From Escherichia phage P694, in the sequence record NC_028863.1: DNA of 40,477 nt; one strand, 5' to 3'. The notes beneath the pieces were generated by a model. That model worked only from the letters and a program-made list of their open reading frames with translations. It was not told the DNA's origin and ran no database searches. The translations under genes were made by a program, and so were the position numbers. Positions within the stretch are counted from its first letter, which is position 1, and the number at the start of each line of letters is the position of its first letter. Positions 1-7,984 of this stretch are shown here, one piece after another.

Positions 1-172
1 CCCTGAGTGGTATCCCCACAATGGTAGCTATCAAGAACTTACTGTAGGCTCCGGTCACGTATGTACTGGTATCGTTCTGAACACTGGTGGCGTGTGCTCT
101 GGTATGCAACACCGGGGTATGTGGATTGGGTATCACAACGGCGCGCAACGTCAGGTTGCCTCTATTGGATAA
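1..172 (+). CDS. 17: Tail fibre protein, 3' end only (exact duplicate of 40249..40420)
   Basis: Bases 1..229 are identical to 40249..40477; the reading frame continues from the gene 17 ORF and stops at TAA 170..172. Confidence 0.85.
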   Translation, partial: PEWYPHNGSYQELTVGSGHVCTGIVLNTGGVCSGMQHRGMWIGYHNGAQRQVASIG

Positions 173-229
173 GGAGACATTATTATGAAGATTTACAAAG
201 GATGGAAGTACACTGTGGTTACTGATAAG
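1..229. repeat. Terminal overlap of the window with itself (1..229 = 40249..40477), indicating a circularised or concatemer-derived assembly
   Basis: Exact 229-bp identity between the window start and end, read directly. Confidence 0.9.
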
Positions 230-562
230 GATACCGGAATCTCCACTTACGACATCTTTAATGAAGACGGTATCGACTGGTATAAGATGATGGTCGAACT
301 GGACGACCGAGACCTTAAGTGGGTCATCGGGGTTAAAGATGGCTTCGTCAATTGGGCTACCACTAAGTCGGTCAACGGGATGAACTCCCCAGCCGATGGT
401 GGCATATTGATTCTAACAGATGACTTCCCGTTCCCTGAGAACACTTTCGGTGTTCGATTTGATGGTGAGAAGTTTTATAAAGAAGAACCAGTGGTTCGAA
501 CCAAAGCAGACATCGAGGCAGACCTTCTAAGGCTCATGGCTGAGTTGAAATCCATAAGCTAA
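185..562 (+). CDS. Hypothetical 125-aa protein between tail fibre and holin; no T7 counterpart I recognise; candidate tail-fibre-associated or host-range accessory protein
   Basis: ATG at 185 preceded by AAGGAGA 171..177; clean ORF in a tightly packed operon; position immediately after gene 17. Confidence 0.6.
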   Translation: MKIYKGWKYTVVTDKDTGISTYDIFNEDGIDWYKMMVELDDRDLKWVIGVKDGFVNWATTKSVNGMNSPADGGILILTDDFPFPENTFGVRFDGEKFYKEEPVVRTKADIEADLLRLMAELKSIS

Positions 563-574
563 TAGGAGGTTATT

Positions 575-781
575 ATGTTGTCTTTAGACTTCAACAATGA
601 AGTTGTTAAGGCGGCTCCGATTGTAGGGACAGGGGTAGCCGATGGTGCTGCCCGACTGTTCTTCGGACTGTCACTTAACGAGTGGTTCTATGTAGCCGCA
701 ATTGCCTACACAGTGGCTCAAATTGGTGCCAAGGTAGTCGATGTGATTATCAAATGGAAGAAGGAGGGTAAAGATGTCTAA
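575..781 (+). CDS. 17.5: Holin (T7 gp17.5-like, class II)
   Basis: 68 aa starting MLSLDFNNE..., near-identical to my recollection of T7 gp17.5; RBS AGGAGG upstream. Confidence 0.9.
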   Translation: MLSLDFNNEVVKAAPIVGTGVADGAARLFFGLSLNEWFYVAAIAYTVAQIGAKVVDVIIKWKKEGKDV

Positions 782-1043
782 CGATAAGTCCTTAATTCAA
801 TTCCTTGAGATGCTGGACACTGAGATGGCTCAACGTATGCTGAAAGACCTTCAGGATGACGATAAGCGCACACCTCAACTGTACAACGCTATCGGGAAAC
901 TATTAGAGCGCCACAAGTTCCAAGTCTCCAAGTTACAGCCAGACCGTAACATCCTTGGTGGACTGGCAGATGGACTCGAAGAGTACCAGAACCTAGTGGG
1001 TGCTGATGGTCTCACTGAAGATGAGAAGTACACACTGAATTGA
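774..1043 (+). CDS. 18: Terminase small subunit (DNA maturation protein A)
   Basis: 89 aa, same length and high similarity to T7 gp18 as recalled; start overlaps the holin stop. Confidence 0.9.
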   Translation: MSNDKSLIQFLEMLDTEMAQRMLKDLQDDDKRTPQLYNAIGKLLERHKFQVSKLQPDRNILGGLADGLEEYQNLVGADGLTEDEKYTLN

Positions 1044-1046
1044 TAG

Positions 1047-1095
1047 AATAACTCAAGGCCACTACATCTAGTGGTCTTTATGATATTTTATCACA
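1047..1095 (+). promoter_or_regulatory. RNase III processing-site-like hairpin (R18.5-like)
   Basis: Motif aactcaagg-hairpin-ctttatgat shared with the other intergenic hairpins at 5081, 5619, 6216, 7985, 11695 and 18561. Confidence 0.5.
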
Positions 1096-1141
1096 ACTCA
1101 CGGCGACTGTGCGTGAAATCTGGAAATATGGGAGGGTAGTT

Positions 1142-1588
1142 ATGCTCAAGAATTTAAAGAGATACGCCATAATCGCTGCGTTTGCCTTGGGAATTACCCT
1201 TGCGTACAACCACGGCTATGACAAGGCTAACACTAAATGGGAACAGGAGGTGCACAATGAGTACGTTAAGAAAGTTGAGGCGACTGCGGATAAACAGGCT
1301 GCTCTCAATGAAGTCTCACGACAATACCAAGAAGACCTTGCGGCGCTGGAAGGCAGCACTGATAGGGTCATTAATGATTTGCGTAACGATGGTAAGCGGC
1401 TGCGCGTCAAACTATCAGCCACCTCACGAGAACTCCAAGCTAACGGTGGATGCCTCGTTGATGGTCGAGCCGAACTTGACGAAGAGTTTAGTAAGCGTCT
1501 TATCGGAGTAACTCAAAGAGGGGATGCGTGGATTCGTGCGCTCCAAGATACAATCAAAGAAATGCAAACTAAGAAGGAGGCTAAGTAA
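1142..1588 (+). CDS. 18.5: Rz-like i-spanin (T7 gp18.5-like)
   Basis: Internal ATG 1142 with GGGAGG RBS; N-terminal membrane anchor; similarity to T7 gp18.5 ([12 protein letters not shown]... motif). Confidence 0.85.
   Translation: MLKNLKRYAIIAAFALGITLAYNHGYDKANTKWEQEVHNEYVKKVEATADKQAALNEVSRQYQEDLAALEGSTDRVINDLRNDGKRLRVKLSATSRELQANGGCLVDGRAELDEEFSKRLIGVTQRGDAWIRALQDTIKEMQTKKEAK
1257..1511 (+). CDS. 18.7: Rz1-like o-spanin lipoprotein, embedded in the +1 frame of gene 18.5
   Basis: ATG 1257 with GGAGG RBS; lipobox-like ...[10 protein letters not shown]; C-terminal SLMVEPNLT as in T7 gp18.7. Confidence 0.8.
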   Translation: MSTLRKLRRLRINRLLSMKSHDNTKKTLRRWKAALIGSLMICVTMVSGCASNYQPPHENSKLTVDASLMVEPNLTKSLVSVLSE

Positions 1589-3348
1589 TGTCACAATCCC
1601 AAGAAGCTAAGAATGCGTTAATCATTGCGCAACTTAAGGGTGATTTTGTTGCTTTCTTATTCGTCTTATGGAAGGCTCTGAACTTACCTAAACCAACCAA
1701 GTGTCAGATTGATATGGCACGTACACTCGCTAATGGTGACCACAAGAAGTTTATCCTTCAGGCGTTCCGTGGTATCGGCAAGTCCTTTATCACCTGTGCG
1801 TTCGTTGTGTGGGTCTTATGGCGTGATCCTCAACTTAAGGTGCTCATCGTGTCTGCCTCTAAGGAACGTGCTGACGCTAACTCCATCTTCATCAAGAACA
1901 TCATTGACCTGCTGCCATTCCTCGCTGAGTTAAAACCTCGACCGGGACAGCGTGACTCTGTGATTAGCTTCGACGTTGGCTTGGCGAAACCCGACCACTC
2001 ACCCTCTGTGAAGTCTGTGGGTATCACTGGTCAGTTAACTGGTAGCCGTGCTGACATCATCATTGCAGATGACGTTGAGGTTCCCGGCAATAGCTCTACG
2101 AGTTCGGCCCGTGAGAAGCTCTGGACGTTGGTAACTGAGTTTGCTGCGTTACTTAAGCCACTGCCTACCTCTCGTGTTATCTACCTTGGCACACCTCAAA
2201 CCGAGATGACGCTCTACAAGGAACTTGAGGATAACAAAGGGTACAGCACTGTAATCTGGCCTGCACAGTATCCACGTAATGACGCTGAGGCTCTCTACTA
2301 TGGGGACCGCTTGGCTCCGATGCTTAAGGCTGAATACGATGAAGGCTTTGAGTTACTTCGTGGTCAACCTACTGACCCTATTCGATTCGATATGGATGAC
2401 CTCCGTGAACGTGAACTCGAATATGGCAAAGCTGGCTACACGCTTCAGTTCATGCTTAACCCGAACCTTAGTGATGCCGAGAAGTACCCGCTACGACTCC
2501 GTGACGCTATCGTGTGCGCTGTGGACCCTGAACGTGCCCCATTGTCTTACCAGTGGTTGCCGAACCGTCAGAACCGCAATGAGGAACTCCCTAACGTTGG
2601 TCTGAAGGGTGATGACATCCATGCGTTCCATACGTGCTCTTCTCGTACCGCTGAGTATCAGTCTAAGATTCTGGTCATTGACCCAAGTGGTCGTGGTAAG
2701 GATGAGACCGGGTATGCAGTCCTGTACTCACTTAACGGTTATATCTACTTGATGGAAGTCGGTGGGTTCCGTGGTGGTTACGATGATGCTACCCTAGAGA
2801 AGCTCGCTAAGAAGGCCAAGCAGTGGAAGGTACAGACAGTCGTCCACGAGTCCAACTTCGGTGATGGTATGTTCGGTAAGATTTTCTCTCCGATTCTCCT
2901 GAAGCACCACAAGTGTGCCTTAGAGGAAATCCGTGCTAAAGGCATGAAGGAGGTGCGAATCTGCGATACTATCGAACCATTGATGGGTGCGCACAAGCTG
3001 GTCATTCGTGATGAGGTTATCCGTGAGGACTACCAGACTGCTCGTGACCTTGATGGGAAACATGATGTTCGCTACAGTGCGTTCTATCAGATGACCCGTA
3101 TGACCCGTGAGCGAGGCGCTGTGGCACACGATGACCGACTTGATGCTATCGCATTGGGTATCGAGTTCCTGCGTGAAGGGATGCTTGTGGACAGCCGTGT
3201 AGGTGAAGAAGAGATGACCCTTGAGTTCCTTGAACACCACATGGAGAAACAGACCATTGGTGGTGATGCTATCCATAGCTACGATGTTGGTGGCGTGGAC
3301 ATCTACTACGAGGACGATGGAGACTCTAGCTGCTTCATTGAGTGGTAA
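1588..3348 (+). CDS. 19: Terminase large subunit (DNA maturation protein B)
   Basis: 586 aa, same length as T7 gp19 with high similarity as recalled; ATG overlaps the 18.5 stop. Confidence 0.95.
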   Translation: MSQSQEAKNALIIAQLKGDFVAFLFVLWKALNLPKPTKCQIDMARTLANGDHKKFILQAFRGIGKSFITCAFVVWVLWRDPQLKVLIVSASKERADANSIFIKNIIDLLPFLAELKPRPGQRDSVISFDVGLAKPDHSPSVKSVGITGQLTGSRADIIIADDVEVPGNSSTSSAREKLWTLVTEFAALLKPLPTSRVIYLGTPQTEMTLYKELEDNKGYSTVIWPAQYPRNDAEALYYGDRLAPMLKAEYDEGFELLRGQPTDPIRFDMDDLRERELEYGKAGYTLQFMLNPNLSDAEKYPLRLRDAIVCAVDPERAPLSYQWLPNRQNRNEELPNVGLKGDDIHAFHTCSSRTAEYQSKILVIDPSGRGKDETGYAVLYSLNGYIYLMEVGGFRGGYDDATLEKLAKKAKQWKVQTVVHESNFGDGMFGKIFSPILLKHHKCALEEIRAKGMKEVRICDTIEPLMGAHKLVIRDEVIREDYQTARDLDGKHDVRYSAFYQMTRMTRERGAVAHDDRLDAIALGIEFLREGMLVDSRVGEEEMTLEFLEHHMEKQTIGGDAIHSYDVGGVDIYYEDDGDSSCFIEW

Positions 3349-3435
3349 TAGATAAGTATGCGGGAAAGGTGCATAGGTAAGCACTTAGTACCGCTACGTT
3401 ACCGTTAAGTAACTTACTGATATACATGAAGAAAT

Positions 3436-3458
3436 TAATACGACTCACTATTGGGAAG
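3436..3458 (+). promoter_or_regulatory. Phage RNAP promoter (phiOR-like)
   Basis: TAATACGACTCACTATTGGGAAGG, one mismatch to the T7 consensus at -1. Confidence 0.8.
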
Positions 3459-3615
3459 GGCACCCTAAGACAACTTAAAGACACTTAAAGACTGCATATG
3501 CAAAGTGCATACTTAGTGACTAACTCTAAGAGACCCTTACAGTGAGGGATGATAGTAATAGTAATTACATCCCCACTATCAGTGTAACCATCAAGTATAA
3601 CAAGGAGGACGCTCT

Positions 3616-3771
3616 ATGCGCTTACTAACCGTGCTCAAGACACTGGCAACGCATCGAGTGACCTATAAATTTCTCGTTGTACTTGCTGCTTCCATTGGTC
3701 TCGCATCTAGTGCTGAACACATCGGTGAACTGGAGACTCTGCTTTGTTCTCTACTCACTTGTGTTCCTTAG
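3616..3771 (+). CDS. 19.5: gp19.5-like small protein
   Basis: 51 aa MRLLTVLKTLATHRVTYKFLVVL..., similar to T7 gp19.5 as recalled; AAGGAGG RBS. Confidence 0.75.
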   Translation: MRLLTVLKTLATHRVTYKFLVVLAASIGLASSAEHIGELETLLCSLLTCVP

Positions 3772-3859
3772 ACTGCTCATCGGCGCTTAATGCGCTCTTA
3801 GTGATTATGGTCGATATACATCTTCCCTATAATCACTGTAAGAAGTCAACTCTAAGAGT

Positions 3860-4300
3860 AACCCTTATGTACCCTCTATGGTCTACAGGGTCTCTTAGGG
3901 TCTCACCTTATGATAGAGCCTCTGTGGTTAACCTTATGAGAGACTTGATGTACCCTTTAAGAATCCTACAGAAAAATCTGAGTGGGTATCTCATAGTTCA
4001 TACACACCGAGTTCCCCCTATGGCCTCCTTCAGTCCCACCCAAAGAGTGCCACCCCTTATGATAACTTATGGTTTACTTAATGTCAATCCTTATGTGAGA
4101 CATTGGGTTAACTCTAGGTGTTACCACTAGATGTGGTGCTTAGAGTGACCTTATGACCACTATATGTAGTCCTCTCTGTGTCCCTATCTGTAATCACCTT
4201 ATGTTTCCTCTTAGAGTTAACACCTTATGTCACCTCTTATTAGCTACGCTAACCTTAATGTTACTCCTTATGGCTGCCTCTCCTTATGTTAACCTTCAGT
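3860..4300. repeat. Array of short dispersed CCTTATG-type repeats in the genome-end region
   Basis: At least 10 copies of (A/C)CCTTATG at irregular spacing (e.g. 3865, 3907, 3932, 4046, 4091, 4151, 4198, 4224, 4268, 4284); analogous to the CCTAAAG repeats at the T7 ends. Confidence 0.7.
3990..4200. repeat. Predicted location of the collapsed direct terminal repeat; physical left end near 3990 (approximate)
   Basis: TCTCATAGTTCATACACACCGAGTTCCCCCTATGG resembles the T7 left terminus TCTCACAGTGTACGGACC...TTCCCCCATAGGG; CTCTCTGTGTCCCTATCTGT (about 4175..4195) matches a T7 terminal-repeat segment. Confidence 0.35.
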
Positions 4301-4366
4301 CGGTGCCTTCAGTCTATAGACACCTATCGTTACCACTCTTAGACCAGCCTTAAAGACCATACAGCT

Positions 4367-4391
4367 AATGCGACTCACTATTGAGAATGGT
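4367..4391 (+). promoter_or_regulatory. Phage RNAP promoter variant (phiOL-like)
   Basis: TAATGCGACTCACTATTGAGAATGG; degenerate relative to the consensus seen elsewhere in the window. Confidence 0.5.
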
Positions 4392-4482
4392 TGTTTATAG
4401 TCTTATTACTATTCCCTTCCTTATAGGCTAACTTAAAGAGACTTAAAGAGACTCTGAGACTACTTAAAGTTTCAACTAGGGG

Positions 4483-4511
4483 TTGACTCTAAGAAACAGC
4501 TGTGAGACTAT
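4483..4511 (+). promoter_or_regulatory. Candidate host sigma70 early promoter (A1-like)
   Basis: TTGACT, 17-bp spacer, GACTAT; position upstream of the early genes as in T7. Confidence 0.45.
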
Positions 4512-4617
4512 AGCAACCGTTGAGAGACACAACGCTACCAACTACCAGACAAGACCGCGAGTTATCTGGTAATGCTGAAGAGTCTCAAGTAGTCATCAAC
4601 CAGACATAAGAAAGTGG

Positions 4618-4646
4618 TTGACTCAACGAAAGAAATAACGTAGTAT
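4618..4646 (+). promoter_or_regulatory. Candidate host sigma70 early promoter (A2-like)
   Basis: TTGACT, 17-bp spacer, TAGTAT. Confidence 0.55.
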
Positions 4647-4712
4647 AGCAGTCGTCAACAACTGGTCGCCCTATGAAACAACATGAGGTGTCACGGTGAC
4701 AAACAAAAGTAG

Positions 4713-4742
4713 TTGACAGGCAGTAAAGTTAAGATGTAAGAT
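4713..4742 (+). promoter_or_regulatory. Candidate host sigma70 early promoter (A3-like)
   Basis: TTGACA, 18-bp spacer, TAAGAT. Confidence 0.55.
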
Positions 4743-4860
4743 GTACGACATGCAGTAAGGGTGTAGGGATAGGAACCGAGAAACCTGCCCGTGACCCGCC
4801 AAGGATAAGGCACTAGCCGTGAGTCGAATTCGGTCACTCATCGCATAAAAGAATAACAGG

Positions 4861-4889
4861 TTGACAGTCTCCTTTAAAAACTGTAAGCT
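4861..4889 (+). promoter_or_regulatory. Candidate additional host sigma70 promoter
   Basis: TTGACA, 17-bp spacer, TAAGCT. Confidence 0.4.
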
Positions 4890-5080
4890 GTACCACATGC
4901 ACTACATAACGTTCTTGTGAGGTCACACACTGAAAGTGACTCGGTGCTAACAAACCTGCACTTAAAGTTCTTTAACAATTTGGTCGTGTAATTCCCTTAC
5001 TGCGGGACAGGTAGTCAAGAACTACGGGGATGACGTGAACGCACAAGCGTTTAACCAGTGATGACGCCGACTGATAGCGA

Positions 5081-5136
5081 TTAACTCAAGGGCGCACATT
5101 AAGTAACAACGTGTGCTCTTTATGATAATCACTAAC
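5081..5136 (+). promoter_or_regulatory. RNase III-like hairpin upstream of the SAM hydrolase gene
   Basis: aactcaagg + hairpin + ctttatgata motif. Confidence 0.5.
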
Positions 5137-5156
5137 ACACATAATGAGGCACTATC

Positions 5157-5615
5157 ATGATTTACACTAACGAACCTGCAAACGTATTCTATGTACTGGT
5201 ATCAGCGTTCCGCTCCAACCTCTGCGATGAAGTCAATATGAGCCGTCATCGTCACATGGTTAACTCACTGCGTAATGCACCACTTGAATACGGTAGCGTT
5301 GAGTCTACAAATTTGACTGGTTGTTATCGAGAGGTTATCGCAAGTGCACCAACTGAGGAACTGACCGTTCGTGTACGCTGTGCTAACAAAGCTCAAGCAA
5401 TAGCGGTTGCACGTCTGGCGTGTAACGAGTTCGAGCAAGATTGTGTATTGGTCTATAAGTCACAGACGCACACGGCTGGCTTAGTGTACGCTCAAGGTAT
5501 TGCTGGCTATAAAGCTGAACGTCTGCCGGGTAGCTTCCAAGAAGTGCCTAAAGGCGCACCGCTTCAAGGTTGCTTCACGATTGATGAGTTCGGTCGCCGC
5601 TGGCAAGTACAGTAA
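5157..5615 (+). CDS. S-adenosylmethionine hydrolase/lyase (T3 gene 0.3-type anti-restriction)
   Basis: 152 aa; very similar to phage T3 SAMase as I recall it (MI.T.EPA.VFYVLVSAFRSNLCDEVNMSRHRHMV ... GCFTIDEFGRRWQVQ). Confidence 0.85.
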   Translation: MIYTNEPANVFYVLVSAFRSNLCDEVNMSRHRHMVNSLRNAPLEYGSVESTNLTGCYREVIASAPTEELTVRVRCANKAQAIAVARLACNEFEQDCVLVYKSQTHTAGLVYAQGIAGYKAERLPGSFQEVPKGAPLQGCFTIDEFGRRWQVQ

Positions 5616-5618
5616 GCG

Positions 5619-5668
5619 ATAAACTCAAGGTCGCTCCACGCGAGTGGCCTTTATGATTATCACTTTAA
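5619..5668 (+). promoter_or_regulatory. RNase III-like hairpin (R0.3-like), near-identical copy 1
   Basis: 49 bp differing at about 3 positions from the copy at 6216..6265. Confidence 0.55.
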
Positions 5669-5697
5669 CCTATACACACACTATGAGGTAACACAAG

Positions 5698-6060
5698 ATG
5701 GCTATGTCTAACATGACTTATAACAACGTTTTCGATCACGCTTACGAAATGCTGAAAGAAAATATCCGTTATGATGACATCCGTGACACTGATGACCTGC
5801 ACGATGCAGTGTACATGGCTGCTGAAATCGCCGTTCCGCACTATTACAGTGACGTTTTCAGCGTAATGGCTAGCGAAGGCATTGACCTTGAGTTCGAGGA
5901 CTCTGGTCTGATGCCGGACACCAAGGACGTAATCCGTATCCTGCAAGCGCGTATCTATGAGCAATTAACGATTGACCTTTGGGAAGACGCTGAGGACTTA
6001 CTGAACGAGTATCTTGAGGAAGTCGAAGAGTCTGAAGAGTACGAGGAGGATGAAGAGTAA
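5698..6060 (+). CDS. ocr: Ocr, DNA-mimic anti-restriction protein (T7 gene 0.3-type)
   Basis: 120 aa, strongly acidic, near-identical to T7 Ocr as recalled ([37 protein letters not shown]...). Confidence 0.95.
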   Translation: MAMSNMTYNNVFDHAYEMLKENIRYDDIRDTDDLHDAVYMAAEIAVPHYYSDVFSVMASEGIDLEFEDSGLMPDTKDVIRILQARIYEQLTIDLWEDAEDLLNEYLEEVEESEEYEEDEE

Positions 6061-6215
6061 TGGCTAACAACACCACGCAATACGGTCTGACCGCTCAAAC
6101 TGTACTGTTTTATAGTGACATGGTGCGCTGTGGCTTTGATTGGTCGCTCGCAATGGACCACCTTAAGGAACTGTACGAAAACAACAAGGCAATAGCCTTG
6201 GAGTCTGCTGAGTAA
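6060..6215 (+). CDS. 0.4: gp0.4-like (T7 FtsZ inhibitor homologue)
   Basis: 51 aa, ...QYGLTAQTVLFYSDMVRCGF.WSLAM..LKELYENNKAIALESAE matches T7 gp0.4 as recalled; ATG overlaps the ocr stop. Below the ORF-track length cutoff. Confidence 0.8.
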   Translation: MANNTTQYGLTAQTVLFYSDMVRCGFDWSLAMDHLKELYENNKAIALESAE

Positions 6216-6260
6216 TAAACCCAAGGTCGCTCCTAGCGAGTGGCCTTTATGATTATCACT
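6216..6260 (+). promoter_or_regulatory. RNase III-like hairpin (R0.5-like), near-identical copy 2
   Basis: Direct repeat of 5621..5669. Confidence 0.55.
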
Positions 6261-6284
6261 TTAACATGCAATAGGACTAACACC

Positions 6285-6485
6285 ATGAGTAAACTTCTGG
6301 CAACATCTAAAATCAAAGGCCAACACACTGTAACACTGCGAGAGTATGATCACGGGGCAATGGGTAGCACCTACGTTGTGCGATACGGTAAACAAGTCAC
6401 ACATTGGGTAAACGAGGTTTTGGCACAGGAGGAGTATCAAGCCTGTATGATACACCAAGCAACATGTGCAGGCTGGAATGACTGA
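6285..6485 (+). CDS. Hypothetical early protein (gene 0.5 position)
   Basis: 66 aa from ATG 6285 with AGGA-like RBS; the upstream in-frame ATG 6240 lies inside the hairpin. Confidence 0.5.
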   Translation: MSKLLATSKIKGQHTVTLREYDHGAMGSTYVVRYGKQVTHWVNEVLAQEEYQACMIHQATCAGWND

Positions 6486-6518
6486 TGACGCTATTTGCAC
6501 TCTATGAGGTAACACCAC

Positions 6519-6716
6519 ATGTTATATACATTTGTTGCACTCGTTTACACTCTAATCGCGCTGTACTTCCTTCGAGACTTCCGCAATGGTCTCAAGGTAC
6601 ACAAGGCTAACTTCTCGCACCTGAAGTATGGCTTTCTACCACGATTCACAGCCCGTGAACGTAACGGGCGCTTTAAGGCTAACAAGGTAGGTATCTTCTA
6701 TGTTGCAACACACTGA
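6519..6716 (+). CDS. Hypothetical early protein with hydrophobic N-terminus (gene 0.6 position)
   Basis: 65 aa; GAGGT RBS; a +1-frame ORF 6700..6864 overlaps its 3' end. Confidence 0.5.
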   Translation: MLYTFVALVYTLIALYFLRDFRNGLKVHKANFSHLKYGFLPRFTARERNGRFKANKVGIFYVATH

Positions 6717-6864
6717 TAGTTTAACTAAGAAAGTTCTGTACACACTGGCATATGGTGCTACCAACAAGACTCTAATGCGATCATTGCACCTGAAGCGGCT
6801 ACCAGCCAGAAAGGTGGCAAAGGCACGTAAAGAAGCGCGTTTAATCCTCAATTCTCTCTCTTAA
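6700..6864 (+). CDS. Small basic ORF (54 aa) overlapping the end of the gene 0.6-like ORF; possible 0.6B-type extension or independent gene
   Basis: ATG 6700 (AAGGTAGG upstream) to TAA 6862..6864; basic tail KRLPARKVAKARKEARL. Confidence 0.3.
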   Translation: MLQHTDSLTKKVLYTLAYGATNKTLMRSLHLKRLPARKVAKARKEARLILNSLS

Positions 6865-6891
6865 AGTCTCAACTAAATAGGACACAATCTA

Positions 6892-7977
6892 ATGAACTAC
6901 ACCGACATTCAGGCACGTCTGGAAATCATCAAGTCTCTACCGCTTAGCGAACTGGACAAGCGCCAGCCTCTTTTGGTCGAACTGGCTGCTGACATCGTGA
7001 ACGGTGAAACGTGCGATGGTAACGCCACCGATGGCTCGAACGGCTTGGAGTATCAGGACTGGTGGCACACATTGGGTGCACTGATGTGTGATGCAGGTTT
7101 CCGCATGTTGGGTAATGGTCACTTTAGTGCGGCATACTCGCATGAACTGTTACCGGGTCGAGTCATCAAGGTTGGCTTTAAGAAAGAGGATTCAGGCGCT
7201 GCATACACTGCATTCTGTAGGATGCACCAAGGCCGAGCGGGTATCCCTAACGTCTATCACGTAGCACGTCATGCAGGTTGCTATACGGTCGTACTGGACC
7301 GCTTAAAAAGCTGTGACGACGATAATGATGACCATGGGGCATACGCTGACATCGCGCGTTGCTTTGTGGAGTCGGATTACTATGACTCAAGCGACTTTGC
7401 ACCGGGTGACTACGAGTTCATCGAGACATGCAAGATGATTCGTGAGTTCTTCAACGGTATTGCATCTTTCGACATGCACAGCGGGAACATTATGTTCGAC
7501 GATAACGATGTTCCGTACATCACTGACCCGGTGAGTTTCTCACATGACCGTGAACGTGAGGACGGTTTCCCTCTGGACCCGGAAGCACTGATTGCCGAGG
7601 TCGAGGCGATAGCTAACGAGCGCATCATTGAACGTTGTCGCAACCGCAAGGCCAAGCGTGACCCTAATGGAACCTTTCAGGTTAACCGCAAGGCCAACAT
7701 GAAACGCCGTAAGTGCAACCGTAAGTTACACGTCAAAGGCATGGCACAGTTTGTTAAAGGTCGCATCGAACGCAGGGCCATTGATAGAAACGAACGCCGT
7801 GCTGAGATGCTCATGGGGTCTGCATGGAATAACTTCTGGTTCCGCAATGGTCCCTCAGCGGCACGCAAGGTTGAACAAGTGAACGGCCTTAAGTGGCAAC
7901 TAGGGGACCGCCTCGCAATCCAAGCGGGTCTCCCTCTGAATATCGACAAGGTACTTGACGCTCAACTGATGGGCTGA
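6892..7977 (+). CDS. 0.7: Ser/Thr protein kinase, host shutoff (T7 gp0.7-like)
   Basis: 361 aa; conserved motifs GNGHFSAAYSH, VIKVGFKKEDSGAAYTAFCRM, FDMHSGNIMF as in T7 gp0.7. Confidence 0.9.
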   Translation: MNYTDIQARLEIIKSLPLSELDKRQPLLVELAADIVNGETCDGNATDGSNGLEYQDWWHTLGALMCDAGFRMLGNGHFSAAYSHELLPGRVIKVGFKKEDSGAAYTAFCRMHQGRAGIPNVYHVARHAGCYTVVLDRLKSCDDDNDDHGAYADIARCFVESDYYDSSDFAPGDYEFIETCKMIREFFNGIASFDMHSGNIMFDDNDVPYITDPVSFSHDREREDGFPLDPEALIAEVEAIANERIIERCRNRKAKRDPNGTFQVNRKANMKRRKCNRKLHVKGMAQFVKGRIERRAIDRNERRAEMLMGSAWNNFWFRNGPSAARKVEQVNGLKWQLGDRLAIQAGLPLNIDKVLDAQLMG

Positions 7978-7984
7978 TAAGGTG

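Noticed and set aside
1709-2605. Alternative-frame + strand ORFs of 74 and 108 aa inside the terminase large subunit gene
   Set aside because: No RBS or start context and no counterpart in the T7 gene map; unlike the 4.1/4.2-position ORFs they have no positional support.
3860-4300. Possible CRISPR array suggested by repeated CCTTATG motifs
   Set aside because: Repeats are only ~7-8 bp, irregularly spaced and imperfect; this matches the short terminal repeats of T7-like genome ends, not a CRISPR repeat-spacer architecture.
3744-4353. Plus-strand ORFs of 128 aa and 66 aa in the genome-end repeat region
   Set aside because: They fall in the CCTTATG repeat / terminal-repeat region, start at non-ATG or RBS-less positions, and translate to low-complexity sequence; the region is non-coding in T7.
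4671-4898. 75-aa minus-strand ORF across the candidate host promoters
   Set aside because: Overlaps the promoter cluster, is antisense to all transcription units and has no RBS.
6240-6284. Upstream in-frame ATG (6240) extending the gene 0.5-like ORF to 81 aa
   Set aside because: This ATG lies inside the conserved RNase III-like hairpin and lacks an RBS; the ATG at 6285 has better context.
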